A stretch of 64,000 nt of DNA from Candidatus Cloacimonadota bacterium (GCA_049903315.1 JBNGBT010000004.1:32001-96000), one strand, 5' to 3'; positions 9,545-20,152 are shown, counted from the first letter of the stretch. The notes: generated by a model not told the origin, from the sequence alone. Made by a program: numbers and translations.

Positions 9545-10810
9545 TTGAAGAAACTTAGGATCTTACATTGTGCTAGAGAGGGTTTCCCTATAGTATCAGG
9601 AAATACTGTAAGAGTTAGAAATATTTCAAAAGCACAGACAAAAAATAATGATGTTATAGTTGCTGTAGGGGATTATAAAAGGAATAATAAACAAGTTACA
9701 AGAGGTTATTGTTATAGAGTTGACAATGTAGATTACTATGTTTGTAACAAAAAATATCTCAACGATGTCGGTTTTAATAAGAAGTTTTTTTCATTCCCCC
9801 GTAGTTGGTTTAATATTTTACAATATAAGAATTTTATTACAGAATTAGCAATAAAACATGAAGTGGATATTATTCATGGTCATTCTTCATATTCAAATGC
9901 TCTACCAGCTTTATTATCGGCTAAGAAGTTAGGCATCCCATTCATTTATGATATGAATGGAATTACTGAATTATCCAGACTTGCTAATGGTGTTTTCAGT
10001 GAGAAAAGCATCAAATATAAATGGCTCTCCTTCTGGGAGCAGTTTGTCATAAAAAAAGCAGATGGAATTAGCTGTATAAACAAAGGTGTAGTAGATTATA
10101 TTATTAACAAAAAGTTGAAATCGAAAACTAAAATGATTGTCATTAATAATGGCGTTGATACCGATTTTTTTTTCCATAAAATTGTTAATACCTCTTGTTT
10201 GAAGATAGGTAATTTATTGGATAATGTTTTCAAAATTGGAATGGTATCACCAAGATACCATGAGGGGATTTATTTTCTATTAAATTCAATCGCTGAATAT
10301 TTTGAAAATTTCCCCGAAGATAGACTTATCATATTTGGAAATGGAAAGGACATGAATGAAGATTCTAAAGTGATTAATATTATAAAAAAAAATAAATTTA
10401 AAAATAACATATATTTAACTGGTCGAATTCCTTTTGATAAAATAAATGAGTATTACAATATTCCCGATCTGTTCATTATACCAAGAATTAAAACTAAAGA
10501 AAACAACATGGTAAGTCCATTAAAGACACTTGAACTAATGGCAGTTGGTAAACCTTTGTTAATAAGTGATGTCTTAGGATTAACAAATCAAATAGAAAAT
10601 AATTCAACTGGCATAGTATTTAGGGCAGAAGACAGAAATGATTTCATAAAGAAATTGTTATATTGCAGGAATAATTATAATAATTTACTGGAGATGGGAT
10701 TAAGAGCACGTAATTATGTAAGTAGCTATTACTCATGGGATTCAGTTGTTAATAATTATTTTATTTTATATAAAGACTTAATAAAAAATACATTTCATAG
10801 AGAATCGTGA
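9545..10810 (+). CDS. Glycosyltransferase family 4
   Basis: IIHGHS, NGVD and SPLKTLELMAVGKPLLISDV motifs; TTG start. Confidence 0.9.
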   Translation: MKKLRILHCAREGFPIVSGNTVRVRNISKAQTKNNDVIVAVGDYKRNNKQVTRGYCYRVDNVDYYVCNKKYLNDVGFNKKFFSFPRSWFNILQYKNFITELAIKHEVDIIHGHSSYSNALPALLSAKKLGIPFIYDMNGITELSRLANGVFSEKSIKYKWLSFWEQFVIKKADGISCINKGVVDYIINKKLKSKTKMIVINNGVDTDFFFHKIVNTSCLKIGNLLDNVFKIGMVSPRYHEGIYFLLNSIAEYFENFPEDRLIIFGNGKDMNEDSKVINIIKKNKFKNNIYLTGRIPFDKINEYYNIPDLFIIPRIKTKENNMVSPLKTLELMAVGKPLLISDVLGLTNQIENNSTGIVFRAEDRNDFIKKLLYCRNNYNNLLEMGLRARNYVSSYYSWDSVVNNYFILYKDLIKNTFHRES

Positions 10811-11976
10811 ACAATAGGAAAAAAATCGCTTGGATCGTTCCCAAAACCTTCCAAATTACGGAAAGTCGTGTTTACAAAGAAGCTAGTTCCCTTACAAAAG
10901 CTGGTTATGAAGTTAAAATATTCTCAATGCTGCAAATCGAAGGTCTGAAGAAGAAAGAATTGGTAAATAAAATAGAAATTGAAAGAATCGATTTTCCATT
11001 TCTAAAGATGTTTGGCTTTCCCTTAAAAAAAGGAAAATTATTATTACCTATCTTTACTATAAGGGTTCTAAAAAAATTAAAAAAATTCAAACCTGATGTT
11101 ATCTATTGTATGAATTTGCTTTCTGTACATATAGGAGTAATTGGAAAAAAATGGTTTAGATCGAAATGTATATACGACTCTCATGATTTATATGTTGATC
11201 AGAGCGAAAGATTTAATTCTCATTTTATTATAAGAAAATGTACGATGTTATATGAAAAATTTTTATCAAGAAATGTGGACCATGTAATACAAACTACTGA
11301 AGGACGATGCAATCAATTTAAGTCTTATTATGGAATAAACGCCGTAAAAATTATGAATAAACCTCTTGTCTCTTCAACAAATTTAAAACTACCACAATCT
11401 ATTATAAGATTTCAGAACTATAATTCAAAAATAATTGGATATGTAGGTTCCATCCATAAACATAGAGGATTAGAACAAATGGTCCAAGCAATATCAGATC
11501 TTGAAGGTGTACAGATAGTGTTATTGGGGTATGCAAGGAGTAAATGGGCAAAGGACTTTTTAGAAAAATACAAACATCAAGTTATCGTAATTCCTCCTGT
11601 TTCACCAGAGCAAATTACAGCTTCAATAAAAATATTCACTATTGGATTTTCTTTGATTCAAAATTCAGGACTAAGTTATTATTACTCTTGCCCAACAAAG
11701 GTTTTTGAATTAATTGTAGCTGGGATTCCTCAAATTACAAGTAATTTTCCTGAGATGAAGAATCTAATATTGAATAATTCAGTAGGGCCTGTAGGACGAG
11801 TCGTTAATCCTGATAACATTAATGAGATCAGAGAAGCGGTGACTGGATTATTAAATAATAAAGAAGAATATCTCAAATATAAAAAAAATTGCCAAGAATT
11901 AAGTAAGAATTGTGAATGGTTTACAGAAGAAAAAAAAATTATTAAACTAGTAAATTCTTTTTGGATGGATAAATGA
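10807..11976 (+). CDS. Glycosyltransferase family 4
   Basis: RVYKEA, YDSHD, YVGSIHKHRGLE and PTKVFELIVAGIPQITSNFP motifs. Confidence 0.9.
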   Translation: MNNRKKIAWIVPKTFQITESRVYKEASSLTKAGYEVKIFSMLQIEGLKKKELVNKIEIERIDFPFLKMFGFPLKKGKLLLPIFTIRVLKKLKKFKPDVIYCMNLLSVHIGVIGKKWFRSKCIYDSHDLYVDQSERFNSHFIIRKCTMLYEKFLSRNVDHVIQTTEGRCNQFKSYYGINAVKIMNKPLVSSTNLKLPQSIIRFQNYNSKIIGYVGSIHKHRGLEQMVQAISDLEGVQIVLLGYARSKWAKDFLEKYKHQVIVIPPVSPEQITASIKIFTIGFSLIQNSGLSYYYSCPTKVFELIVAGIPQITSNFPEMKNLILNNSVGPVGRVVNPDNINEIREAVTGLLNNKEEYLKYKKNCQELSKNCEWFTEEKKIIKLVNSFWMDK

Positions 11977-12590
11977 AGATAGTCATTATTGATTATGGAA
12001 TGGGTAATAATAAATCAATACAGAATCAACTAAATAGGATTGGTGTTAATTCAATAATTTCAAACAAATCATCAGATCTAAAAGATGCTGATAAGCTTAT
12101 ATTACCTGGTGTAGGTCATTTTGATAATGGGATAGATCACCTGAATAAACATCATTTGATAGAGACTCTTAATAAAAGAGTGTTAATAGATAATATACCA
12201 ATCTTAGGAATTTGCCTCGGAATGCAACTTTTTGCTAAAGATAGTGAAGAAGGAATGTCTAAAGGATTAGGTTGGATTGATGCCCATGTTGTGCGATTCA
12301 GTAATTCGAAGTTAGAGAAACAATTTCGAATCCCTCATATAGGTTGGAATAATCTAAATATTCAAAGGCAAAGTAACCTTCTGGAAGGTATAGACGAACA
12401 ATCATTTTTTTATTTTGTACATTCTTATTATTTGTATAGTCATGATTCAAAAATAATTCTTGCAACAACTGAGTATTCCGAAAAATTTACATCAGTTGTA
12501 CAAAAAAAGAATATTTTTGGAACTCAATTCCATCCAGAAAAGAGTCATGATGCTGGAATCAGAATATTGAAAAATTTCTGTAGGATATAG
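11973..12590 (+). CDS. hisH: Glutamine amidotransferase HisH paralog (polysaccharide-associated)
   Basis: DYGMGN, LPGVGHF, LGICLGMQ, PHIGWN, YFVHSY and QFHPEKS motifs. Confidence 0.93.
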   Translation: MKIVIIDYGMGNNKSIQNQLNRIGVNSIISNKSSDLKDADKLILPGVGHFDNGIDHLNKHHLIETLNKRVLIDNIPILGICLGMQLFAKDSEEGMSKGLGWIDAHVVRFSNSKLEKQFRIPHIGWNNLNIQRQSNLLEGIDEQSFFYFVHSYYLYSHDSKIILATTEYSEKFTSVVQKKNIFGTQFHPEKSHDAGIRILKNFCRI

Positions 12591-12592
12591 AT

Positions 12593-13351
12593 ATGTTTAG
12601 ATATAGGGTAATACCCTGTTTATTGTTAAGTAATAATGGACTGGTAAAAACGGTGAAGTTTAAATCTCCTAGGTACATTGGAGATACAATAAATGCTGTT
12701 CGAATTTTTAATGAAAGCTTTGCTGATGAACTGATACTCTTGGATATTACTGCTACAAAGGAAAAAAGAATTCCACCTCTTAATCTAATATCTGAATTAT
12801 CAGATGAATGTTTTATGCCTTTTGGAGTAGGGGGTGGTATAAGAAAACTCGATGATGTAAAAAAAATCATTCAGTCTGGTGCAGAAAAGATAATTGTAAA
12901 TAGCTATGCAACGGAAAATCCAAAATTTGTTTATGATGCTGCTAAATGTGTAGGAAGTCAAAGTATAGTTGTTTCTCTAGACGTAAAGAAAACTATTTGG
13001 GGTAAATATAAAGTTTTCCGAGATTCGGGAAAAACTAATACAGGTCTAGATCCGAAGAATTTTGCATTAACAATGCAAAATAATGGAGCTGGAGAGATAT
13101 TCCTTAATTCAATTGATCGAGATGGCACATTTTTAGGATATGATACTGAATTAATCGAGATAGTTTCTGAAGCTTTAACAATACCTGTAATAGCTTGTGG
13201 AGGAGCAAGAAATATAAGTGATTTTAAATCAGCTATTGAATGTGGTGCTTCAGGAGTTAGTGCAGGTAGTCTTTTTGTTTATCAAGGTAAGCACAATGCC
13301 GTTATGATTAATTATCCCAACAGAAACCAATTAAAAGAGTTATTTTTTTAG
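12593..13351 (+). CDS. hisF: HisF paralog (AglZ/HisF2-type acetamidino modification protein)
   Basis: RVIPCLLL, LVKTVKF, CFMPFGVGGGI, SIDRDGT and AGSLFVY motifs; located between hisH and an N-acetyl sugar amidotransferase. Confidence 0.9.
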   Translation: MFRYRVIPCLLLSNNGLVKTVKFKSPRYIGDTINAVRIFNESFADELILLDITATKEKRIPPLNLISELSDECFMPFGVGGGIRKLDDVKKIIQSGAEKIIVNSYATENPKFVYDAAKCVGSQSIVVSLDVKKTIWGKYKVFRDSGKTNTGLDPKNFALTMQNNGAGEIFLNSIDRDGTFLGYDTELIEIVSEALTIPVIACGGARNISDFKSAIECGASGVSAGSLFVYQGKHNAVMINYPNRNQLKELFF

Positions 13352-13362
13352 AGGAGATTACT

Positions 13363-14481
13363 GTGAAAGAAAAGTTAGTGATTTGTAATAGATGTATATT
13401 GGATTCAATGATTCCTAATATTGCTTTTAATGAAAAAGGTATATGTAACTACTGTAGTTTATTAGATAAGTTAGCAAAAAAGTATGATTTAAATCAAACG
13501 AACAAAAAAAAAATAGATGAAAAAATATCAAGAATCAAGAAAGATGGCAAAAATAAAAAATATGATTGTATTATCGGTGTTAGCGGTGGTGCTGATAGCA
13601 CCTATGTGTTGTATCTAGCTAAAAAACTTGGTCTAAGACCTTTGGCCGTCCATTGTGATAATGGATGGAATTCAGAGCTAGCTGTAGATAATATCAAAAA
13701 TATGTTAAATATTTTGGAAATAGATTTGTATACGTATGTAATTAATTGGGAAGAATTTAAAGAATTACAAAAAGCTTACTTAAGAGCTTCAGTTCCAGAC
13801 GTTGAATCCTTAACTGATAATGCTAATACTCGAGTGTTATATTATTCTGCACTAAAGTTTGGTGTAAAACATATAATTAAGGGCAACAATTTTAGAACTG
13901 AGGGAATAATTCCACGTGGATGGACATATTACGACGGTAAGTATTTTAACAATATTATAAAACAATTTTCAGATATTAATATTAAAACCTATCCAAAGAT
14001 GACTTTATTCCATCATATTTATTTCAAAAAAATCAGAAAAATAGAAATTTTTAAAATTCTAAATTATGTCCCTTATGAGAAAAAGGAAATTATTAAACTG
14101 TTAGCAAATAAGCTCAATTGGAGAAATTACGTTGGTAAACATTATGAATCAATTTTTACAAGATTTTTTCAATCCTATTACCTTCCTCGAAAATTTAACA
14201 TTGACAAAAGAAAAATTCACCTTTCTGCATTAATTTGTTCTGGTCAAATGTCTAGATCGGAAGCTTTAAATGAAATTTCAAAAGACCCCTATCCTAAAGA
14301 TTTGATAGAGAAGGATATTATTTATATCCGTAAGAAACTAGGTTTCACTAAGGATGAGTTTAATAAAATTTTGAATGCTCCTCCCAAGTCATTCTTAGAT
14401 TACAAGAATCAATATCAACTAATTAATTTTATAAAAAAAATCAGAAAAAAGTTTAATTCAAATACTTTAACTAGGCCCTAA
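13363..14481 (+). CDS. N-acetyl sugar amidotransferase (WbuX/WbpG family)
   Basis: CNRC...CNYC, YDCIIGVSGGADS (PP-loop), DNGWNSELA, KHYES and DKRKIHLS motifs. Confidence 0.9.
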   Translation: MKEKLVICNRCILDSMIPNIAFNEKGICNYCSLLDKLAKKYDLNQTNKKKIDEKISRIKKDGKNKKYDCIIGVSGGADSTYVLYLAKKLGLRPLAVHCDNGWNSELAVDNIKNMLNILEIDLYTYVINWEEFKELQKAYLRASVPDVESLTDNANTRVLYYSALKFGVKHIIKGNNFRTEGIIPRGWTYYDGKYFNNIIKQFSDINIKTYPKMTLFHHIYFKKIRKIEIFKILNYVPYEKKEIIKLLANKLNWRNYVGKHYESIFTRFFQSYYLPRKFNIDKRKIHLSALICSGQMSRSEALNEISKDPYPKDLIEKDIIYIRKKLGFTKDEFNKILNAPPKSFLDYKNQYQLINFIKKIRKKFNSNTLTRP

Positions 14482-14804
14482 CAATCTATATATTTCATGT
14501 TTTTATGAATCTAATTTGTACTATAGATAAACATCTAAAAATTTGGATGATTTCAATCGAATAATAGGTATAGGATTATCTCTGATTTTAACAAAGAATT
14601 CACTTATTCATGGCCATTTCATTGGTGGAGATTTAAGATTATCTCTAATTTAAAAGATTTAGAAAATATAGTTGAGAAACTAGATTTATTATTTGTAAGT
14701 ATAAAGAATAAATCTATAATATGGGAATAAAGTGATATTAAACATTGATACGAATCACAAATCAAAATCTATAAGATATTGTATTAAAATATAGTGGAGA
14801 AAAT

Positions 14805-16928
14805 ATGTTACAACTAACACAGAATCTTAAAAATGGTGAGATGAAGGTACTAGAAGTTCCTTTCCCAAGTTTATCAGACAATCAAATATTAGTAAGAAAT
14901 CATTACTCGGTGATTAGTGCTGGTACAGAAGGTAGATCAGTTCGTGATGCAAGAGCCAATTATGTAAATAAGGCCAAATCAAGACCGAACGAAGTTAAAC
15001 AAGTCCTAAACACAGTTAAAACTCAGGGAGTTATTGGAACTTATAAAATAGTAATGGATAAGTTGAATTCATTATCTTATCTTGGTTATTGTTGTGCTGG
15101 CGAAGTAATAGAAGTTGGCAAAAACATTACTAAGTTTCAAGTTGGTGATATAGTTGCTTGTGGAGGACAAGGAGCTGTACATGCAGAAGTTGTAAGTGTA
15201 TTGGAAAATCTTTGTGTTAAAATTCCTGAAAATATTGATTTACGCTATGCATCTTTTGCTACAATTGCATCTATAGCAATTCAAGGTATTAGGCAAGCAG
15301 ACAATAGATTCGGTGAAAGTTGTTTGATAATTGGTTTAGGATTGCTAGGTCAATTTACAATTCAAATTCTTAACGCAGCAGGGATTAAAACAATAGGTGT
15401 AGATATAGATAAAGAAAAGGTTGAATTAGCTAAAAATAATGGTTGTAATTTAGCATTACACAGAGAAGAATCAGGATTAGTTGAGCAAATAATGGATTTC
15501 TCAGACGGTAATGGTGTAGATTCTGTGATTATTACAGCGGCTACAAAATCAAATGATCCTGTTAATTTGGCAGGAGAAGTCTCTAGAATGAAAGCTAAAA
15601 TTATTAGTGTTGGAAGGATATCAACTGATTTCAATCGAGATCCATATTATAACAAAGAACTAGAATTGTTAATGTCTTGTTCATATGGTCCAGGTAGATA
15701 TGATGTCTCATACGAAGAAAAATGTGTTGATTATCCAATTGGGTATGTTAGATGGACAGAAAATAGAAACATGCAAGCTTATATTGATTTATTAGAAAAG
15801 AAGAAAATTAATATCGAACCATTAATTACTCACACTTTCGATTTTTCTGATGCAAAAAAAGGTTACGATCTTATAATAAATAATACTGAACCTTTTCTTG
15901 GTATATTATTGAAATATAATGTTTCAATAAAAACTAATAAAAATTATGAAAATCCAAATATAAAGCATGAGAAAGAGAATCTGAAGGTTGGATTTATCGG
16001 GGCAGGTTCTTTTGCAAGAAGCTTTTTATTACCGAACTTTCCGAAGGAAGTTGATCTTGTCTCTGTAACAACATCTTCAGGGCAGAATGCTCGACATGTG
16101 GCGGATAAATTTAATTTTAGAAATGCTGTAGGAGATTCGCAACAAATAATTAAAGATCAAACCGTTAATACTGTTTTTATAGCAACTCGACATAATACTC
16201 ATGCAAACTTCGTATTGGAAGCTTTAAGAGCAGGAAAGAATGTCTTTGTGGAAAAACCACTTTGTATGCATCCAGAAGAATTAGAAAAAATAAAAGACGA
16301 ATACAATAAACATAACAAATTATTAATGGTAGGTTTTAATAGAAGGTTCTCACCGTTAATCCAAAAAACGATAGAGATTTTAGGTGAGAGCACAAAAAAA
16401 ACAATTAACTACAGGATTAATCTAGGTTATATTGACCCAAAACATTGGACACAGGATAAAAGTATTGGCGGTGGAAGAATTATTGGAGAAGTTTGTCATT
16501 TTATAGATTTATGTATGTATCTTGTTGGATCTAAACCTATTAAAATTTCATCCTTTGCAATGGATGATCCAAACAATTTAGATGATACAGTTATTATAAA
16601 CCTGAAATTCAAGAATGGATCAATTGCAACAATTTCATATTTTACAAATGGAAGTAAGTTGTTAGATAAGGAATATTTAGAAATTTACTCTAATGGGACA
16701 ACGACCGTAATTGAGGACTATAAAAAGTTAACCATATATAGTAAAAAGAAAAAAACAATAAAAATTAAACAAAATAAAGGGCACAGAAAGGAACTATTTA
16801 AATTTTTTGACTCGATAAAAAATGGAAAAGAGTGTCCAATTTCTTTTGACGACATATATTGGTCTTCAAAAATGACATTTGATGTTCTGGAATCAATAAA
16901 AGAGAGTAAAACTATTTCATATGATTAG
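14805..16928 (+). CDS. Bi-domain oxidoreductase (Zn-binding dehydrogenase fused to Gfo/Idh/MocA)
   Basis: SVISAGTE, GLGLLG, SYGPGRYD, RWTENRN, GAGSFA, VFVEKP, VGFNRRF and GGRIIGEVCHFID motifs. Confidence 0.9.
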   Translation: MLQLTQNLKNGEMKVLEVPFPSLSDNQILVRNHYSVISAGTEGRSVRDARANYVNKAKSRPNEVKQVLNTVKTQGVIGTYKIVMDKLNSLSYLGYCCAGEVIEVGKNITKFQVGDIVACGGQGAVHAEVVSVLENLCVKIPENIDLRYASFATIASIAIQGIRQADNRFGESCLIIGLGLLGQFTIQILNAAGIKTIGVDIDKEKVELAKNNGCNLALHREESGLVEQIMDFSDGNGVDSVIITAATKSNDPVNLAGEVSRMKAKIISVGRISTDFNRDPYYNKELELLMSCSYGPGRYDVSYEEKCVDYPIGYVRWTENRNMQAYIDLLEKKKINIEPLITHTFDFSDAKKGYDLIINNTEPFLGILLKYNVSIKTNKNYENPNIKHEKENLKVGFIGAGSFARSFLLPNFPKEVDLVSVTTSSGQNARHVADKFNFRNAVGDSQQIIKDQTVNTVFIATRHNTHANFVLEALRAGKNVFVEKPLCMHPEELEKIKDEYNKHNKLLMVGFNRRFSPLIQKTIEILGESTKKTINYRINLGYIDPKHWTQDKSIGGGRIIGEVCHFIDLCMYLVGSKPIKISSFAMDDPNNLDDTVIINLKFKNGSIATISYFTNGSKLLDKEYLEIYSNGTTTVIEDYKKLTIYSKKKKTIKIKQNKGHRKELFKFFDSIKNGKECPISFDDIYWSSKMTFDVLESIKESKTISYD

Positions 16929-16947
16929 ATTTTTTATGAGGTAAGAT

Positions 16948-18063
16948 GTGAAGAAAATTCTTTTAATCTCTACTTTTTTTCAAGATAAAACGCAATATAT
17001 TCAGATTCAAATAGCTGATACACTTTTCGAATTAGGTTATGAAGTTACTGTAATAGCTTCTAATAAAAGTCTTATTGAAGATAAAATTGTAAATGATAAA
17101 AAGCCATACGAAATCCATAGGATAGACAAGTATATTAGAATTACTGATACATTTTACCCAATTGAAAAGAAAAGGATAGAAATTCATAAATTTGATCCAG
17201 ATATAGCAATTCTAATATATCCTGGATTTGGTTTACCATTTTTTTTATTAAAATATATTCCCCCAAGAACCAAGATTATCTCAATATTTGGAGATATACA
17301 TCAGCATGCTCAATTAAAATTAGGGAATAAATTAATTAAGCAATTTATTAAGTATTCTTGGTATAAAACCATTATTAAGCGTTCTGTAATTGTTGGTGGT
17401 GTTACTGATCAAACTATAAATATTCTGCGGAATGTACCTAAATTGAAAAAAGTTTTGGATTCAAAACTTAAGAGAATTGAATTAGGTTTTAATTCGAAAA
17501 ACTATTTTCTATGCTCTGAAGTGAGAGAAAAAATTAGAAGTAAACTTGGTTATACAAATAATACGATTGTGTTAATTACCATAACAAGAATTGTTCAACA
17601 TAAACCAGTCGATAAATGGCTTGTTCCAATATTCAATGCTCTAGAAAAGAACAATAGGTTAAAGTATATTCTTGCAGGTTTTAATGAATCAGAGTTTTCA
17701 AGTCAGATAAAAAAGGCTATTCGAGAATCTAAATATTCACAAAGAATAAAGTTATATGATTATGTTGAAACACAATTTATGAATACATTATTTAACTGTG
17801 CAGATTATGGGGTTTGGTTTTCATCTGCTTCTATTGCAATTCAACAAGCCATGGGAACCGGCTTACCAGTTTTTCTAATGTGTCAGGAGACCTTAGGACA
17901 TTTATTAGATGAAGGTTGTAATGGAGTTTACTATAAAGATTACAATGATTTAACATTGAAATTAATTGCACTTAAACAAAAATTAAATAGAAGTAATATA
18001 GCACAAATGAATCATAAGTTTTCTTATCATAAAATTCTAGAAGAAATACTAAAATCAGTTTAA
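16948..18063 (+). CDS. Glycosyltransferase family 4
   Basis: GT-B-like C-terminus (ITRIVQHK, ADYGVW, QQAMGTGLPV). Confidence 0.75.
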   Translation: MKKILLISTFFQDKTQYIQIQIADTLFELGYEVTVIASNKSLIEDKIVNDKKPYEIHRIDKYIRITDTFYPIEKKRIEIHKFDPDIAILIYPGFGLPFFLLKYIPPRTKIISIFGDIHQHAQLKLGNKLIKQFIKYSWYKTIIKRSVIVGGVTDQTINILRNVPKLKKVLDSKLKRIELGFNSKNYFLCSEVREKIRSKLGYTNNTIVLITITRIVQHKPVDKWLVPIFNALEKNNRLKYILAGFNESEFSSQIKKAIRESKYSQRIKLYDYVETQFMNTLFNCADYGVWFSSASIAIQQAMGTGLPVFLMCQETLGHLLDEGCNGVYYKDYNDLTLKLIALKQKLNRSNIAQMNHKFSYHKILEEILKSV

Positions 18064-18068
18064 ATTAT

Positions 18069-18808
18069 GGTTCATGACAACTTAACTTGACTTTAAGGAG
18101 CCGTAAGTTGTTGTTATGAAGATGATTAATAGGTATGCATACCGTTCAAGAATTTCTGAAGCAAAATTCAGAGAAATTATTAAGTTATTTAGTGCTGATT
18201 TGACGAGTAGTCAAATAGCACAATTAAGTGGAATAAGTAGAAACACTATAAACAAAATTCTTAAAGCAGTAAGGTTCAGAATTGCAGAACATTGTGAACA
18301 GGAAAGTCCTTTTGATAAAGGCGAGATTGAACTCGATGAGAGTTATTTCGGAGCTCGAAGAGTACGAGGTAAGAGAGGGCGCGGAGCTCGTGGTAAAACA
18401 ATCGTATTTTGAATGATCAAAAGACATGAAAAAGTGTTTACACAAATCGTGAAAAGCTGCACAGCTAAAGAACTTCTTTCGATAGTGAAAGAAAAGGTTC
18501 CTAGAGAATCTTCTATCTATACTGACACGTTTAGAAGCTATGATGGATTGGTCAATATGGGTTATAAAAAGCATTATCGAATAGCACATGGTAAGAATGA
18601 ATTCGCTAAAGAACGTAATCACATAAATGGTATAGAAAACTTCTTGGGACTTGCAAAAGTATGCCTAGTTAAGTTCAGAGGAATGCATAAATCTACCTTT
18701 AATTTGCATCTTAAAGAATGTGAATTTAGATATAATTATAGACACCAAAATCTCTATGATCTTTTATTGGAAATGTTAAGAAAAAAACCCCTTAAGTTGT
18801 CATGAACC
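18069..18808 (+). mobile_element. IS1595-family insertion sequence (size fits the IS1016 group), 740 bp
   Basis: Perfect 17-bp terminal inverted repeats GGTTCATGACAACTTAA (18069-18085) and TTAAGTTGTCATGAACC (18792-18808) enclosing a DDE transposase. Flanks (TAAATTAT / TTTTTTAA) show no target-site duplication. Confidence 0.93.
18116..18805 (+). pseudogene. IS1595-family transposase interrupted by an in-frame TGA
   Basis: N-terminal HTH, ELDESYFG, RGRGARGKTIVF*MIKR, YTDTF and HINGIENF. Both ORF halves are in one frame, separated only by TGA at 18410-18412. Confidence 0.88.
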
Positions 18809-19024
18809 TTTTTTAATGTTAATAGTGTTGATTCAGCAATAAAAAAAAATTATTATATTTCAAAAGAAATTGGAATGAATTTAAAATTAGATAAATCAAA
18901 ATTCTATGTTAAACAAGTTGAAAATATTGTATTAAATGGGATTAATCACGAAAGATTAAGAAATAATCCCAGATTGATTTCTTATTTAGAATCTAAAAAA
19001 ATTATCAGAGAATTATTTGTATGA
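18809..19024 (+). pseudogene. 5'-truncated iron-containing alcohol dehydrogenase family gene (C-terminal 71 aa)
   Basis: Open frame from the IS end: FFNVNSVDSAIKK...INHERLRNNPRLISYLESKKIIRELFV*. The NNPR tail is typical of Fe-ADH enzymes; the stop overlaps the next ATG (ATGA 19021-19024). Confidence 0.65.
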
Positions 19025-20040
19025 ATAATGAAATAAATAGTAAAGAAATTATTTTCGTAGCTGGGTTAGGATATACAGGTTCAAGTGCATTAATTGATTT
19101 AATAAAAGAAGTTGACTCGTATTTTGTTTTTGAAAATGAATTCAGATTACTAGTTGATCCTAAAGGTATTGTAAATTTACGGGATGCCTTAACAAGAAAT
19201 TGGAGTATTTTCCAAACAGATATGGCTTTAAGGGAATACGTTTTGTTTGTTAAGAACATAAGTTCAAGATTTAGAAGTCCCTATGCTTCTTTAGATCATT
19301 CAAGATATTTTGATTCTTTTCTAATAGAAGAGACAATAAAATTTATTGAAGAGCTTACTGAAATATCTTTTCGAGGATTTTGGTATGGGATTGACAATAT
19401 TATTATCCGAAAGTTAAAGAAATTTAATTTTTTCCATAAAAAAAAAATTACAACAAAATTAATGCGTGTAGGGAAAATTTTTTCAGAATCAGATTTCGAT
19501 AAAATTGCAGGAAAATATTTGAATCATTTATTTAATTTTTTATTAAATAAATATGAAAAAAAGTCAATATGTATTAACGAGAATTTTAGTTGTATGTTTC
19601 CTAAACGAATATTTAAAATAGTTAATAATTCTAAAATAATTTTAGTAGTTAGAGATCCAAGAGATGTTTATTCTTCTGGATTAAAGTCAAATGCAGTATT
19701 TGCTCCTAAAAATCCAGAAGATTTTATAAGATGGGAATTTTCTATCTACTCACGATGGCTAAAGATATTCAAACTACTTAAAGAAAATTCTACTTTTTCT
19801 CATCGGATAAAAGTTATTAAATTTGAGGATTTAATACTTAATTATAATGACACAATCAAACATATTTTTAATTTTTGTAATATACGCCAATCAGAACATA
19901 AGCAAAAGAATAAGTATTTAAAAATAACTGAATCTTCAAAAAATGTAGGACTTTGGAAACAGACATTATCAGCACAAGTTGCATGTAATATTGAGAAAAA
20001 ATTCGCGGAGTTTTATTCTTGTTTCCATTACAAAATCTAA
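19021..20040 (+). CDS. Sulfotransferase family protein
   Basis: 5'-PSB-like GLGYTGSSAL, 3'-PB-like VRDPRDVYSS, IKFEDLI and C-terminal VGLWK. Confidence 0.75.
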   Translation: MNNEINSKEIIFVAGLGYTGSSALIDLIKEVDSYFVFENEFRLLVDPKGIVNLRDALTRNWSIFQTDMALREYVLFVKNISSRFRSPYASLDHSRYFDSFLIEETIKFIEELTEISFRGFWYGIDNIIIRKLKKFNFFHKKKITTKLMRVGKIFSESDFDKIAGKYLNHLFNFLLNKYEKKSICINENFSCMFPKRIFKIVNNSKIILVVRDPRDVYSSGLKSNAVFAPKNPEDFIRWEFSIYSRWLKIFKLLKENSTFSHRIKVIKFEDLILNYNDTIKHIFNFCNIRQSEHKQKNKYLKITESSKNVGLWKQTLSAQVACNIEKKFAEFYSCFHYKI

Positions 20041-20152
20041 CTCTAAACATTTATGATCATAAAATTTATTGGACTTCACTTCATCTTCAGTACAAATCTA
20101 ATAAATAGAGACTGAATTATAAATTGATTATTTGTAAGTAATTGGAGAATAA

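Noticed and set aside
11973..13351. Histidine biosynthesis operon
   Set aside because: No other his genes, and the adjacent N-acetyl sugar amidotransferase indicates the polysaccharide-modifying paralogs.
18410..18412. TGA read as Gly (genetic code 25), Trp or selenocysteine in the transposase
   Set aside because: TGA terminates many intact genes here, including this transposase, and its other Gly codons are GGN. A point mutation is simpler.
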